DNA of 64,000 nt from Eubacteriales bacterium. GTDB lineage: Bacteria > Bacillota > Clostridia > Oscillospirales > CAG-272. Made by a program: the position numbers and the translations under genes. Positions 41,948 through 49,960 of this stretch are shown piece by piece (position 1 is the first letter of the stretch; every line of letters starts with the position of its first letter). The DNA lies in the NCBI GenBank assembly GCA_045594445.1, contig JAZNYL010000111.1, positions 10,087 through 74,086 of the forward strand. Direction: 5' to 3'. The notes below the pieces were generated by a model that worked only from the letters and a program-made list of their open reading frames with translations, ran no database searches and was not told the origin of the DNA.

Positions 41948-44272
41948 TTATGCCTCTGTATCCGGCAATCCTTGGTTTTCCACGTCGTCCGCAACGTGCT
42001 CGTCGCGGAAATATACCGTCACGGTCGTACCGATCGTGACCTCGGTTCCGGGCTCGATCGACTGCGCGTACACGGTAGCGGCCGTACCACTCATATAATT
42101 ATACGTGCCCGAGATCTTGATATTCAGATTGCTGTTGGCAAGCAGTTGGCTTGCTGCAACCGCAGTCTTGCCGCTCAGATCCGGCACCTTGACCGTCTTT
42201 TGTTCGGCATTTCTGTCCGTATATACGATCAGCGTAGCGCCTTCCTTTTCCACGCGCGTGCCCGCCTCGGGAGATTGCGCGTAGATCAGATCGCCGCCGC
42301 CCACGACCTTGAGCTCAAAGCCGACGCTTTCGGCATAGCCGCGCGCCGCCTCTACCGACCACCAAACCACACCGGGTGCTTCAACGGCCATTTTTTCAAG
42401 CTCTGCGTCGGTATAAACCGCCTCAACGCCAAGGTAAGGCAGAATGGTCTCCATCACGTTTGCCACGTAAGGTGCTGCCACGACCGAGCCGTACAGCGTG
42501 CCCTTGGTGGGCTGGTCTACCATGATCATGGTAATATACTGCGGATCGTCCGCGGGCGCGTATGCAACGGTTGAGCAGATGTACTTACCGTCGATCAGCT
42601 CGCCGTTTTCGTCGCGCAGGTCCTTTTTCTCGGAGGTACCGGTCTTGGCAGCCACTCTATAGCCTGCCACGTACGCATTCTTTGCGCCGCCGTTACCCGA
42701 AACGCCCTCCTCCAGGATCTGCGAGATGGTCTTGCAGGTCTGCTCACTGACCACCTGACGACGGATCTCGGGAGCAAAGCTCTTGATCACGTTGCCCTCG
42801 GTGTCCGTAATGCTGCGCACCAGTCTTGGAGTGACAAGATCGCCGCCGTTTGCCACGGCCGCAATCGCCGTGACGTGGCCAAGCACCGAGATCTTGAAGT
42901 TCTGACCGAACGAAGCGGTGGCCAGATAAATGTCCGCGCTCTCAAACAGGCTCTTATCCCAGAAGGTCACGCCCTCAACCGTGCTTCCCTCTCCGGGCAG
43001 GTCAATCCTGGTTTTTTCAAAATAGCCGAATGCCTTGAAATAGTTGTAGAAATTGGTGGTGCCGATGCGTGCGCCCAGCTTCATCAGCCAGGGGTTGCAG
43101 GATTGCTGAATACCCTCGGGGAAGGTCAGCGTACCGTGTCCCTGCACCTTATGGCACTTGATCTTGTGTCCGTTGACAATATGATAACCGGGGCAGAACG
43201 AGGTCTCGGACAGGCTGACTAAGTTTTCTTCCAGTGCCATGGCGGCAGTAATGATCTTAAACGTCGAGCCGGGCATATACACCTCGGTGACCGCCTTGTT
43301 ATTCCAGGTGGTCAGCAATAGCTCCTGCTTAAGCGTGCCGTATTCCTCGCTGTCCTCGGCAAATCCGCTTTCCTCCAGTGCCTTCAGGCTTTCCTCGTTG
43401 AGCTTCCAGGGATCGTTCAGATTAAAGGTAGGATAAACCGAGATGGCCAGCACGTCACCTGTGTTGACGTCCATGACGATGCCGCACGCGCGGTTTTCAC
43501 CGCCCGATTCGATATAGGCCGCCTTAACCTGCTCGTCAAGCGCGTTCTGCACGAACACGTCAATGGTGGTATTGATCTGATAGCCCGCCACGGCGGGGAT
43601 CATGCTTTCGTAATCGTAGGGCATTTCGTTGCCGTCCGCGTCACGCGCGGTCACGTACTTGCCGTCCGTGCCCTTGAGGTATTCCTCGTAGGTATATTCC
43701 AGGCCGTAAATACCCACGCCATCGCTGTTGGTAAAGCCGATGGTGTGTGCGGCCAGAGATTCGTAAGGATAATAGCGGGTGGCAGTTGCCTCCAAGAATA
43801 CCATATCCTCAAGGCCGTTCTCCTTGATAAACTCGCGGATCTGCTTGGCCACGTCCGAGGTGACCTTGCGCGCCACGGTTCTGTCCAGATAATGCGTTTT
43901 GGTGGTCTGATATTGCACGTCCTCGTAGCTGACGTCCTCTAAAATTTCGGAGAGTCCGTACGAGATCATATCCGCGTAGTCCACGCCGGTCTCGTTGCTG
44001 TCCTGCTTGATGATGCGGGGCGCGATGAACACGCGATAAGTGGTGATGTTGCCTGCCAGCAGAACGCCGTTGGCATCGTAGATCGCGCCGCGATCCGCCT
44101 CGATCACGGTTTCCGTGGTGATCTGACTGATAACCTTGGCCTGATATTTTTCGTATTCCGCGGTCTGAAGCAGCAGGATGCGGAGCAACAATAACGCAAA
44201 AGCCAGCGATACCAGAAAACCAAGTACCGCTGCCCTTTTGATTGTTTTTGTATCCGTGGTGTGAAGACTCAA
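41948..44272 (-). CDS. Class B penicillin-binding protein with C-terminal PASTA domains (FtsI/SpoVD-type)
   Basis: PBP dimerisation domain plus transpeptidase motifs (STFK, SGN-like, KTGT) and two PASTA repeats (VKVPDLSGKTAVAASQLL...). TTG start with a GGAGG RBS. Confidence 0.9.
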   Translation of the reverse strand: MSLHTTDTKTIKRAAVLGFLVSLAFALLLLRILLLQTAEYEKYQAKVISQITTETVIEADRGAIYDANGVLLAGNITTYRVFIAPRIIKQDSNETGVDYADMISYGLSEILEDVSYEDVQYQTTKTHYLDRTVARKVTSDVAKQIREFIKENGLEDMVFLEATATRYYPYESLAAHTIGFTNSDGVGIYGLEYTYEEYLKGTDGKYVTARDADGNEMPYDYESMIPAVAGYQINTTIDVFVQNALDEQVKAAYIESGGENRACGIVMDVNTGDVLAISVYPTFNLNDPWKLNEESLKALEESGFAEDSEEYGTLKQELLLTTWNNKAVTEVYMPGSTFKIITAAMALEENLVSLSETSFCPGYHIVNGHKIKCHKVQGHGTLTFPEGIQQSCNPWLMKLGARIGTTNFYNYFKAFGYFEKTRIDLPGEGSTVEGVTFWDKSLFESADIYLATASFGQNFKISVLGHVTAIAAVANGGDLVTPRLVRSITDTEGNVIKSFAPEIRRQVVSEQTCKTISQILEEGVSGNGGAKNAYVAGYRVAAKTGTSEKKDLRDENGELIDGKYICSTVAYAPADDPQYITMIMVDQPTKGTLYGSVVAAPYVANVMETILPYLGVEAVYTDAELEKMAVEAPGVVWWSVEAARGYAESVGFELKVVGGGDLIYAQSPEAGTRVEKEGATLIVYTDRNAEQKTVKVPDLSGKTAVAASQLLANSNLNIKISGTYNYMSGTAATVYAQSIEPGTEVTIGTTVTVYFRDEHVADDVENQGLPDTEA

Positions 44273-44546
44273 CTCCGTATCCTCCCGTATAGCGGAAATT
44301 GCGGTTTACAACCGCATTTCCGCAGTGAAATGTTTCGCTGTGCGGAACGCTTTGAAAAAGCAGCGGCGGACGCCCCGTGTCCGTCTCCTGCGCAGGCAAG
44401 AGTCGAAGCACCCTTCCCGACATTTGCCGAAAAGCTGCGCCCGCCGCCATTTGAAATCCGATCCTACGTTCATTATATCGGATTTATCTTGTCCTGTCAA
44501 CGTCAATTTATGAAGTGCCTGCGTCTTTTATGCACAGCCGTGCGAC

Positions 44547-45425
44547 TCAATCCGACAGAATTCCGATCGCACTGAGCAAGCTTGACAGCCCTCTGCCAAA
44601 TTCGCCCTTTGTTTCATAAACCTCTACCGTATTTTCACTCTCCGTGCTCAAAACCTGCGTGCTGACAAAGTCGGCGCGCACCATGCCGTATTCCTCCACG
44701 GCGATCCGCTCGATCTCCAGCATGTCATTTTTGAGTGACAGCTCGGTATTCAACGTGGTATACTGCTTATTCAGCGTATCCAGCTCACTTTGCAGGATAC
44801 TTGCTTCTCTGATGGACAGGCTTACCATAACCGAGCTGCCGACAATCATCAAGCAGCAAAGCGTGACGGCCAGCATGGCGCCAAGCATGCCCGCGGGCAG
44901 CTTCTTTGCATCGCTCTTTTCTTGTCTTTCTTCCTTTTCAATCGGAAACCATTCTCTGGACACCTCAGCCAGCCTTTCGGTCGCGGGGCTTTCCAGATAC
45001 TTGCGCACCGACTGAGGCATTTGCTCGGTCACCGTAAGCCACAGGGCTTTTTTTGGCGATTGTCCTCCTGCGACTGTGCTCTGATCCTCCGCTTGCGCGG
45101 GCATTTCGGTGCGGATATTGTAGTTGGGCATCTTATAGCTGCGCTGATCGTGGTAGTAACGCACGAAATCGTCCGCAGTCATATGGCGTTCTCCCTTATA
45201 AAGACCCGTGCGGTATTTGTCCGCCTTGCCGTCCGACACCTTTTCCGCCATGATATACGCGCCGGGTGCCATGGCGTGCGAGAGTGCCTCCTCTCGCTCC
45301 TGTCGCTTGGCGTCCAGACGTACGTGGGCGGAAATGCCGCGGTCCTTGTAGCGTTCGCACAAGGCCTTGACGTACTCGGAGCAAGCGGTATATTTGGGCT
45401 TTTGGGCTTGCATGATGTGCTCCAT
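44547..45425 (-). CDS. ftsL: FtsL-like septation protein with an unusually long (~165-aa) N-terminal cytoplasmic extension
   Basis: The gene lies between rsmH and pbp. It has a single TM (GMLGAMLAVTLCCLMIVGSSVMV) followed by a coiled coil, SIREASILQSELDTLNKQYTTLNTELSLKNDMLEIERIA. Confidence 0.6.
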   Translation of the reverse strand: MEHIMQAQKPKYTACSEYVKALCERYKDRGISAHVRLDAKRQEREEALSHAMAPGAYIMAEKVSDGKADKYRTGLYKGERHMTADDFVRYYHDQRSYKMPNYNIRTEMPAQAEDQSTVAGGQSPKKALWLTVTEQMPQSVRKYLESPATERLAEVSREWFPIEKEERQEKSDAKKLPAGMLGAMLAVTLCCLMIVGSSVMVSLSIREASILQSELDTLNKQYTTLNTELSLKNDMLEIERIAVEEYGMVRADFVSTQVLSTESENTVEVYETKGEFGRGLSSLLSAIGILSD

Positions 45426-45437
45426 CGGGTCCTCCTG

Positions 45438-46385
45438 TTACAATTTCTCGGCAACGCGCAACTTTGCACTGCGCGACCTGGGATTGATCTCAAGCTCTTG
45501 CTCGCCGGGCAAGATGGGTTTGCGGCTGATAATATCCACCAGCGGCTTTTTGCCGCACACGCACACGGGAAAATCACGCGGGCAAGTGCAGCCGGACGCC
45601 AAGGACGCAAAGGTCTGCTTGACGATGCGGTCTTCCAGCGAATGGAAGGTAATGATTGCAATTCTGCCACCCGGCTTGAGCAGCGATACTGCGTCGCGGA
45701 TGGTGGGCTCGATCACGGAAAGCTCTCCGTTGACCTCAATGCGAATGGCCTGGAAGGTGCGCTTGGCGGGATGGTGTCCGCCCTCCTTGGCCGAAGCGGG
45801 CATGGCCGCTTTGATAATGCCGACAAGCTCGCCCGTGGTGCGAATGGGCTGCTTTTCCCTTTCCTGCACGATGCGCTGGGCAATGCGCGGAGCAAATCGC
45901 TCCTCGCCGTAATCGTAAATAATCTTTTTGAGCTGTTGCTCGGTATACGTGTTGACCACGGTATACGCATCCAGCGTATCCTCGCGGTTCATGCGCATAT
46001 CCAGAGGTGCGTCCGCCATGTAGGAAAAACCGCGGTCCGCCGTATCCAGCTGATACGAGGATACACCAAGATCCAGCAGCACGCCGTCCACGCCCTCGAT
46101 ACCAAGCTCGCGGCACACCTGTGCCATCTCGGAGAAATTGCTGTGCACCACCTGTGCGTGCTCCCCGAACTTTGCAAGTCTTGCACTTGCTGCATTGACG
46201 GCACTCATGTCGCGATCCAGCGCGATCAGCTTTCCCTCGGTCAGGTGCGAGGCGATCTCGTGCGAGTGGCCTCCGCCGCCTGCGGTTCCGTCAATATAAA
46301 TACCGTCGGGCTTGATGCAGAGCGCGTCCATGCACTCCTGCAGAAGCACCGATACGTGAGAAAATACCTGTCCTTCCATCATCAC
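45438..46385 (-). CDS. rsmH: 16S rRNA (cytosine1402-N4)-methyltransferase
   Basis: HVSVLLQE...YIDGTAGGGGHS...LLDLGVSSYQLD...ITFHSLEDRIVK are RsmH/MraW signatures. Confidence 0.92.
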   Translation of the reverse strand: MMMEGQVFSHVSVLLQECMDALCIKPDGIYIDGTAGGGGHSHEIASHLTEGKLIALDRDMSAVNAASARLAKFGEHAQVVHSNFSEMAQVCRELGIEGVDGVLLDLGVSSYQLDTADRGFSYMADAPLDMRMNREDTLDAYTVVNTYTEQQLKKIIYDYGEERFAPRIAQRIVQEREKQPIRTTGELVGIIKAAMPASAKEGGHHPAKRTFQAIRIEVNGELSVIEPTIRDAVSLLKPGGRIAIITFHSLEDRIVKQTFASLASGCTCPRDFPVCVCGKKPLVDIISRKPILPGEQELEINPRSRSAKLRVAEKL

Positions 46386-46804
46386 AACCCGTAAAGCTCC
46401 AGCTTGGCGCGCAGATCCTCTGCGCTCTCGGCGGCAATTTCTGCTTCATACAATGCCTCGGACCAGATCTCTGCGCAATCGCAGTTGCCCACGATCACGG
46501 CGTTCTTTTCCACCTGCGCATAATCCAGCAGCGCCTGCGGCAAAAGAATACGGCCCTGCGCGTCAGGCGTGACCTTGGCCGCGTTGCGGTGCAGATAACG
46601 CAACGCCGGCTCGGCAATCTTTCGCTCCTGTTCTTTAATGGGGGCAATATACGCCTCCCAACCCTCTACGGAAAAGACCTTGAGTCTGGGACCGCGGATA
46701 TCACGCGCCACGATCAGCTCGTCACCAAGCTCCTCGCGGTGCTTTGCGGGGATAAACAATCTGTTTTTTGCATCCACACTGTGCCTATATTCACCTGTTA
46801 ACAC
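46382..46804 (-). CDS. mraZ: Transcriptional regulator MraZ
   Basis: (M)LTGEYRHSVDAKNRLFIPAKHRE...RILLPQALLDYA shows the two DXXXR-type MraZ repeats. I placed the start at the GTG at 46804, 10 nt after an AAGGAGG RBS. Confidence 0.88.
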   Translation of the reverse strand: MLTGEYRHSVDAKNRLFIPAKHREELGDELIVARDIRGPRLKVFSVEGWEAYIAPIKEQERKIAEPALRYLHRNAAKVTPDAQGRILLPQALLDYAQVEKNAVIVGNCDCAEIWSEALYEAEIAAESAEDLRAKLELYGL

Positions 46805-46865
46805 GACATGCAGTCCTCCTTTCCGAAATTTTGAGGCGACAAATGGGGGCGACCTAAACATTTCG

Positions 46866-46881
46866 CCCCATTATTCCCCAC
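46866..46881 (-). promoter_or_regulatory. Putative MraZ operator (direct TGGGG repeats with 10-bp phasing)
   Basis: The minus strand reads GTGGGG-AATAA-TGGGG-CGAAA-TGTTT. CCCCA occurs on the plus strand at 46866-46870 and 46876-46880, just downstream of the predicted -10. Confidence 0.4.
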
Positions 46882-46894
46882 CTCGGGTATATTT

Positions 46895-46923
46895 ATTATA
46901 AACTTATTACAGCAAAAAGGCAA
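46895..46923 (-). promoter_or_regulatory. Putative dcw (mraZ) promoter
   Basis: The minus strand reads TTGCCT (46923-46918), a 17-nt spacer, then TATAAT (46900-46895). Confidence 0.5.
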
Positions 46924-46974
46924 TAGGCAGATGCGCATTTTTTCATAAAATCGTTCGGTTTTTTTGTATCTTTT

Positions 46975-47018
46975 GCGAAAAATAACGGGTACAATCCTAA
47001 AGTTGTACCCGTGTTTTT
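46975..47018. terminator. Stem-loop terminator separating the germination-protein gene from the dcw promoter
   Basis: ACGGGTACAA TCCTAAAG TTGTACCCGT is a 10-bp stem (46985-47012) with T-runs on both strands (GTTTTT on plus, TTATTTTTCG on minus). Confidence 0.7.
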
Positions 47019-47172
47019 ACTAATTCATGTTATTGCTTACATTTATTCCCAATTATTTATTTTTACGATATTTCCCGCAAAAAGAAATATCGGGAAATGG
47101 CGAAAAGCTGTACGACATGCGCGCAAAATATCACGCATCAGCGGCGGCAGGAGCCGAGCCCCTGCCCTACCA

Positions 47173-48621
47173 TCATCGTTTCCCGGATGCATGGATATCA
47201 CTTTGCTTTTTGCGTCTGACAAGCAGCGTCAGCAGCGCGCGGCCATCAAACGGGATGAGCGGATAGAGATACTGCCGCTTACCGTTGACGGTTTTGTTGG
47301 TGGCCAACAGCACGAGTATGAGCACCACACCGATGCCGTAGCCCCAGACGTTGCCGATTGCGGTCAGGATCAAAAGTCCAATGCGCAAAAACTTGAAGGC
47401 GTAGCCAAGCTCGTAGGATCTTTGCGTAAAGGTGGCAATGGCCACGAACGCCATATACAGAATGACCTCGGGGATCAGCCAGCCGATGCCCACCGCGAAA
47501 TCGCCCAGGATCAAGCCGCCCACGACGGAAAGCGAATTGGAAAGCATGCTGGGCGTATTGAGCGAGGCCATGCGCAGTCCGTCAATGATAAACTCGGTCA
47601 GAAGCAGCTGCGCGATCAAGGGGATGCGCCCTTGTTCCTGCGGAATGATAAACGCAAGCCACTCGGGCACGACGGACGCATTGGAGACCAGGAGATACCA
47701 CGTGGGTACCAAAAACAGCGACAAGGCGAACACGATATAGCGGATGACGCGGATATACGTGCCGGTCAGCGGGGTAAAATAATAGTCATTGGTCTCTTGC
47801 ATGAAGTCGAAAATGCTGACGGGCAGGATCATGACCTGCGGAGAATTATCGCAAAAGATCAGCACGCTTCCCTCCAGCACCTGCGCGGCTGCGGTGTCGG
47901 GACGCTCGGTGTAGCGCACCTTGGGAAAGGGGTTATACCAACGCGTTTTGATCAAGCATTCGGAAAGCGACTGATGCCCCAGTGTCAGCGCGTCGGTATC
48001 AATGGCCGTCAGTCTTTTTTCCAGCATCCGAACGTATTCGGGATTGGCCTTTCCGCTAAGATAGCAAAGCACGACGTCGGTTTTGGAGCGTCGGCCAATG
48101 GAAAAATACCGCATGGTCAGCTGCGTGTCGCGCACGCGGCGGCGCAGAAGCGCGGTATTGAAGATCAGCGTTTCCACAAAGCCGTCGCGCGAGCCGACCA
48201 TGACGCGGTCGCCCTCGGGCTCCTCGGTCGAGCGTGCGGGATAGGTGCGCGCATCCACGATGATGGCCTCTGGGCCAAAGGCAGAGCCGAGAATGAGCGA
48301 GGCGCCTGAGAGCACCATCTGGATCATAAGGTCAATATTGCCGGTGGTTTCGGCCTCCACGTGCGGCACGTTGTATTCGAGGAACCGCTCTGCCGAGGAT
48401 TTTTGCCCGTCCGGCGGCGTTTGCATGCTATCCAGCGAGAGAAAATGCATCATCAGCTTTTGCATGGGAGTTGCGTTCACAAAGCCGTCGATATAGTAAA
48501 GCGTCATTTCGTCAGGCCCTATGCGCAGCACCTTACGAATGATATCAAAGTTGTCGTCGGGATGCAAGAGGCTATCTACGGTAGCCACGTTGACCCGATA
48601 GTTTTCACCCAGTTTACCCAT
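47173..48621 (-). CDS. Spore germination protein, GerA/SpoVAF family (A-subunit type)
   Basis: FDIIRKVLRIGPDEMTLYYIDGFVN...RSTEEPEGDRVMVGSRDGFVETL...LLRRRV, with a C-terminal 4-5 TM domain. This is the GerAA/SpoVAF architecture. Confidence 0.8.
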   Translation of the reverse strand: MGKLGENYRVNVATVDSLLHPDDNFDIIRKVLRIGPDEMTLYYIDGFVNATPMQKLMMHFLSLDSMQTPPDGQKSSAERFLEYNVPHVEAETTGNIDLMIQMVLSGASLILGSAFGPEAIIVDARTYPARSTEEPEGDRVMVGSRDGFVETLIFNTALLRRRVRDTQLTMRYFSIGRRSKTDVVLCYLSGKANPEYVRMLEKRLTAIDTDALTLGHQSLSECLIKTRWYNPFPKVRYTERPDTAAAQVLEGSVLIFCDNSPQVMILPVSIFDFMQETNDYYFTPLTGTYIRVIRYIVFALSLFLVPTWYLLVSNASVVPEWLAFIIPQEQGRIPLIAQLLLTEFIIDGLRMASLNTPSMLSNSLSVVGGLILGDFAVGIGWLIPEVILYMAFVAIATFTQRSYELGYAFKFLRIGLLILTAIGNVWGYGIGVVLILVLLATNKTVNGKRQYLYPLIPFDGRALLTLLVRRKKQSDIHASGKR

Positions 48622-48726
48622 AGTTTTTGCTTCCTTTTTTGTTTTCTACGGTTAGTTTGGGTGAAAAACAAAAAATCATGACAAACAAAATTTGGTCGCT
48701 AACACCTCAACGGAGCTCCTTTGCAC

Positions 48727-48900
48727 GATGAAAGTTTGAGTCGAGCCTTTTCAAAGGCTCGCACGGGTCGAGGGCGTGAAGACCTCGTCGCCTCAGCAGA
48801 GGCGAAATACTTTTCTCGCCGTTTCAATTCGCGCAGCGAATTACCGGTTCATTTTTTTGCGCCTACTTGCTCAAAGAAAGAACAGAAACGGTTTTCTCAC
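48727..48900 (+). repeat. Hairpin-rich intergenic repeat, copy B-left
   Basis: It aligns with 30200-30334 and 56150-56278, and as an inverted copy with 48994-49157. Confidence 0.8.
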
Positions 48901-48950
48901 ATAATAAACCAACAGCCGTAGGGTGGGGGCTTGCTCCCGCAGTACAAAAC

Positions 48951-48987
48951 AAAAAGGAAGCTACTTTACGTAAGTAACTTCCTTTTT
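48951..48987 (-). terminator. Central stem-loop terminator between the inverted repeat arms (ends the SDR transcript)
   Basis: AAAAA GGAAGCTACT TTACGTA AGTAACTTCC TTTTT pairs at 9 of 10 stem positions, with A and T runs on either side. Confidence 0.65.
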
Positions 48988-48993
48988 CTTTAC

Positions 48994-49157
48994 ATTGAAC
49001 AAACTCTCTCCGTTCTTTTTTGTGCAAGTAGGCGCAAAAGAAGAACATATTTGCTTCGCAAATTTAAACGCCGTTTTAGAATGTTTCGCGCCTGCGGGCG
49101 CGACAAGGGCGCTGCCCTTGACCTGCGAGCCTTTGAAAAGGCTTGATCCAAACTTCC
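48994..49157 (-). repeat. Hairpin-rich intergenic repeat, copy B-right (inverted)
   Basis: Its reverse complement aligns with the B-left, A and C arms, including the blocks TTGCGCCTACTTGC, AAGAACGGAGA and GCCTTTTCAAAGGCTCG. Confidence 0.8.
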
Positions 49158-49185
49158 ACCAGTGTCGCTCAACCTTGGGTGTCGC

Positions 49186-49950
49186 TTAACCGTCTAATTT
49201 CTGCTGATTACACCAGATCTTCATGACCATCTTGGTGGGCAGCAGCCACGCCAAGAATCTCGCTCTGCGAATGGCGTGCCCGCAAACAGAGACGTCCTTG
49301 CCCTTCTTCATATCCTTGAGCGCTCTGGTCACTACCTGCTCTGCGGTATAATATCTCGCGTAATACTTAATCGTATCGTCGGTCACCGCGTGGTCAAAGA
49401 ACTCAGTCTTTACCCAACCGGGGCAAATGGCCATGACGCGGATGCCCCTGCTTTTCAGCTCTACGTTCAGCGATCTTGAAAAGCTGAGCACGAACGCCTT
49501 GGTTGCACCGTACACACCGATATACGGCACGGGCTGGAAGGCCGATTGGCTGTCGATCTGATAGATCTGTCCGCCCTTCTTCATATAGGGCAGCGTCAGA
49601 TACGTCATGCTCATCAAAGCGCTTGCGTTGAGCGTAATCATGCGCTCCTGCGCCTCCAGATCAATATCGGTAAACGCACCGAATCTGCCAAATCCGCTGC
49701 CGTTGACCAACACCGCCACGTCGGGGCGGTGCTCTTCAAGCAGCGTCTTGTATGCATCCAACGACTCCCTTTGGCACAGATCCAGCGCAATGGCTCTGAC
49801 GCGGGCACGCGTCTGCTTGCCGATCTCAAGGAGTCTGTCCTCGCGGCGCGCGATCAACCAAAGCTCGTCAAATTCCTGCTGCGCATCCAGCTGCAGCACG
49901 AATTCCTTCCCCATACCGGACGACGCGCCCGTAATGACTGCTATTCTCAT
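49186..49950 (-). CDS. SDR-family oxidoreductase
   Basis: MRIAVITGASSGMGKEF is the TGxxxGxG motif, and YGATKAF is the catalytic YxxxK. Confidence 0.85.
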   Translation of the reverse strand: MRIAVITGASSGMGKEFVLQLDAQQEFDELWLIARREDRLLEIGKQTRARVRAIALDLCQRESLDAYKTLLEEHRPDVAVLVNGSGFGRFGAFTDIDLEAQERMITLNASALMSMTYLTLPYMKKGGQIYQIDSQSAFQPVPYIGVYGATKAFVLSFSRSLNVELKSRGIRVMAICPGWVKTEFFDHAVTDDTIKYYARYYTAEQVVTRALKDMKKGKDVSVCGHAIRRARFLAWLLPTKMVMKIWCNQQKLDG

Positions 49951-49960
49951 CTCACACCTC

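Noticed and set aside
44790-46394. A 534-aa plus-strand ORF.
   Set aside because: It is antisense to ftsL-like and rsmH, both of which are well supported. Its composition is Arg/Ala/Gly/His-rich and it matches no family.
35394-46861. N-terminal extensions in the ORF track for murG (to 36614), ftsW (to 37965), murF (to 40507) and mraZ (to 46861). The same issue affects plsC (to 27179), ftsZ (to 34321), GNAT (to 31178), RpiR (to 29955) and the 22564 gene (to 23082) elsewhere in the window.
   Set aside because: The extensions overlap upstream genes, lack an RBS and add non-homologous residues. Internal ATG or GTG codons preceded by GGAGG-type sites give canonical N-termini.
47069-47102. Two mutually exclusive 8-bp hairpins (GATATTTC/GAAATATC and ATTTCCCG/CGGGAAAT) downstream of the germination gene.
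   Set aside because: The stems are short and AT-rich, lie in a 3' UTR just before a strong terminator, and have no partner element. This is probably fortuitous.
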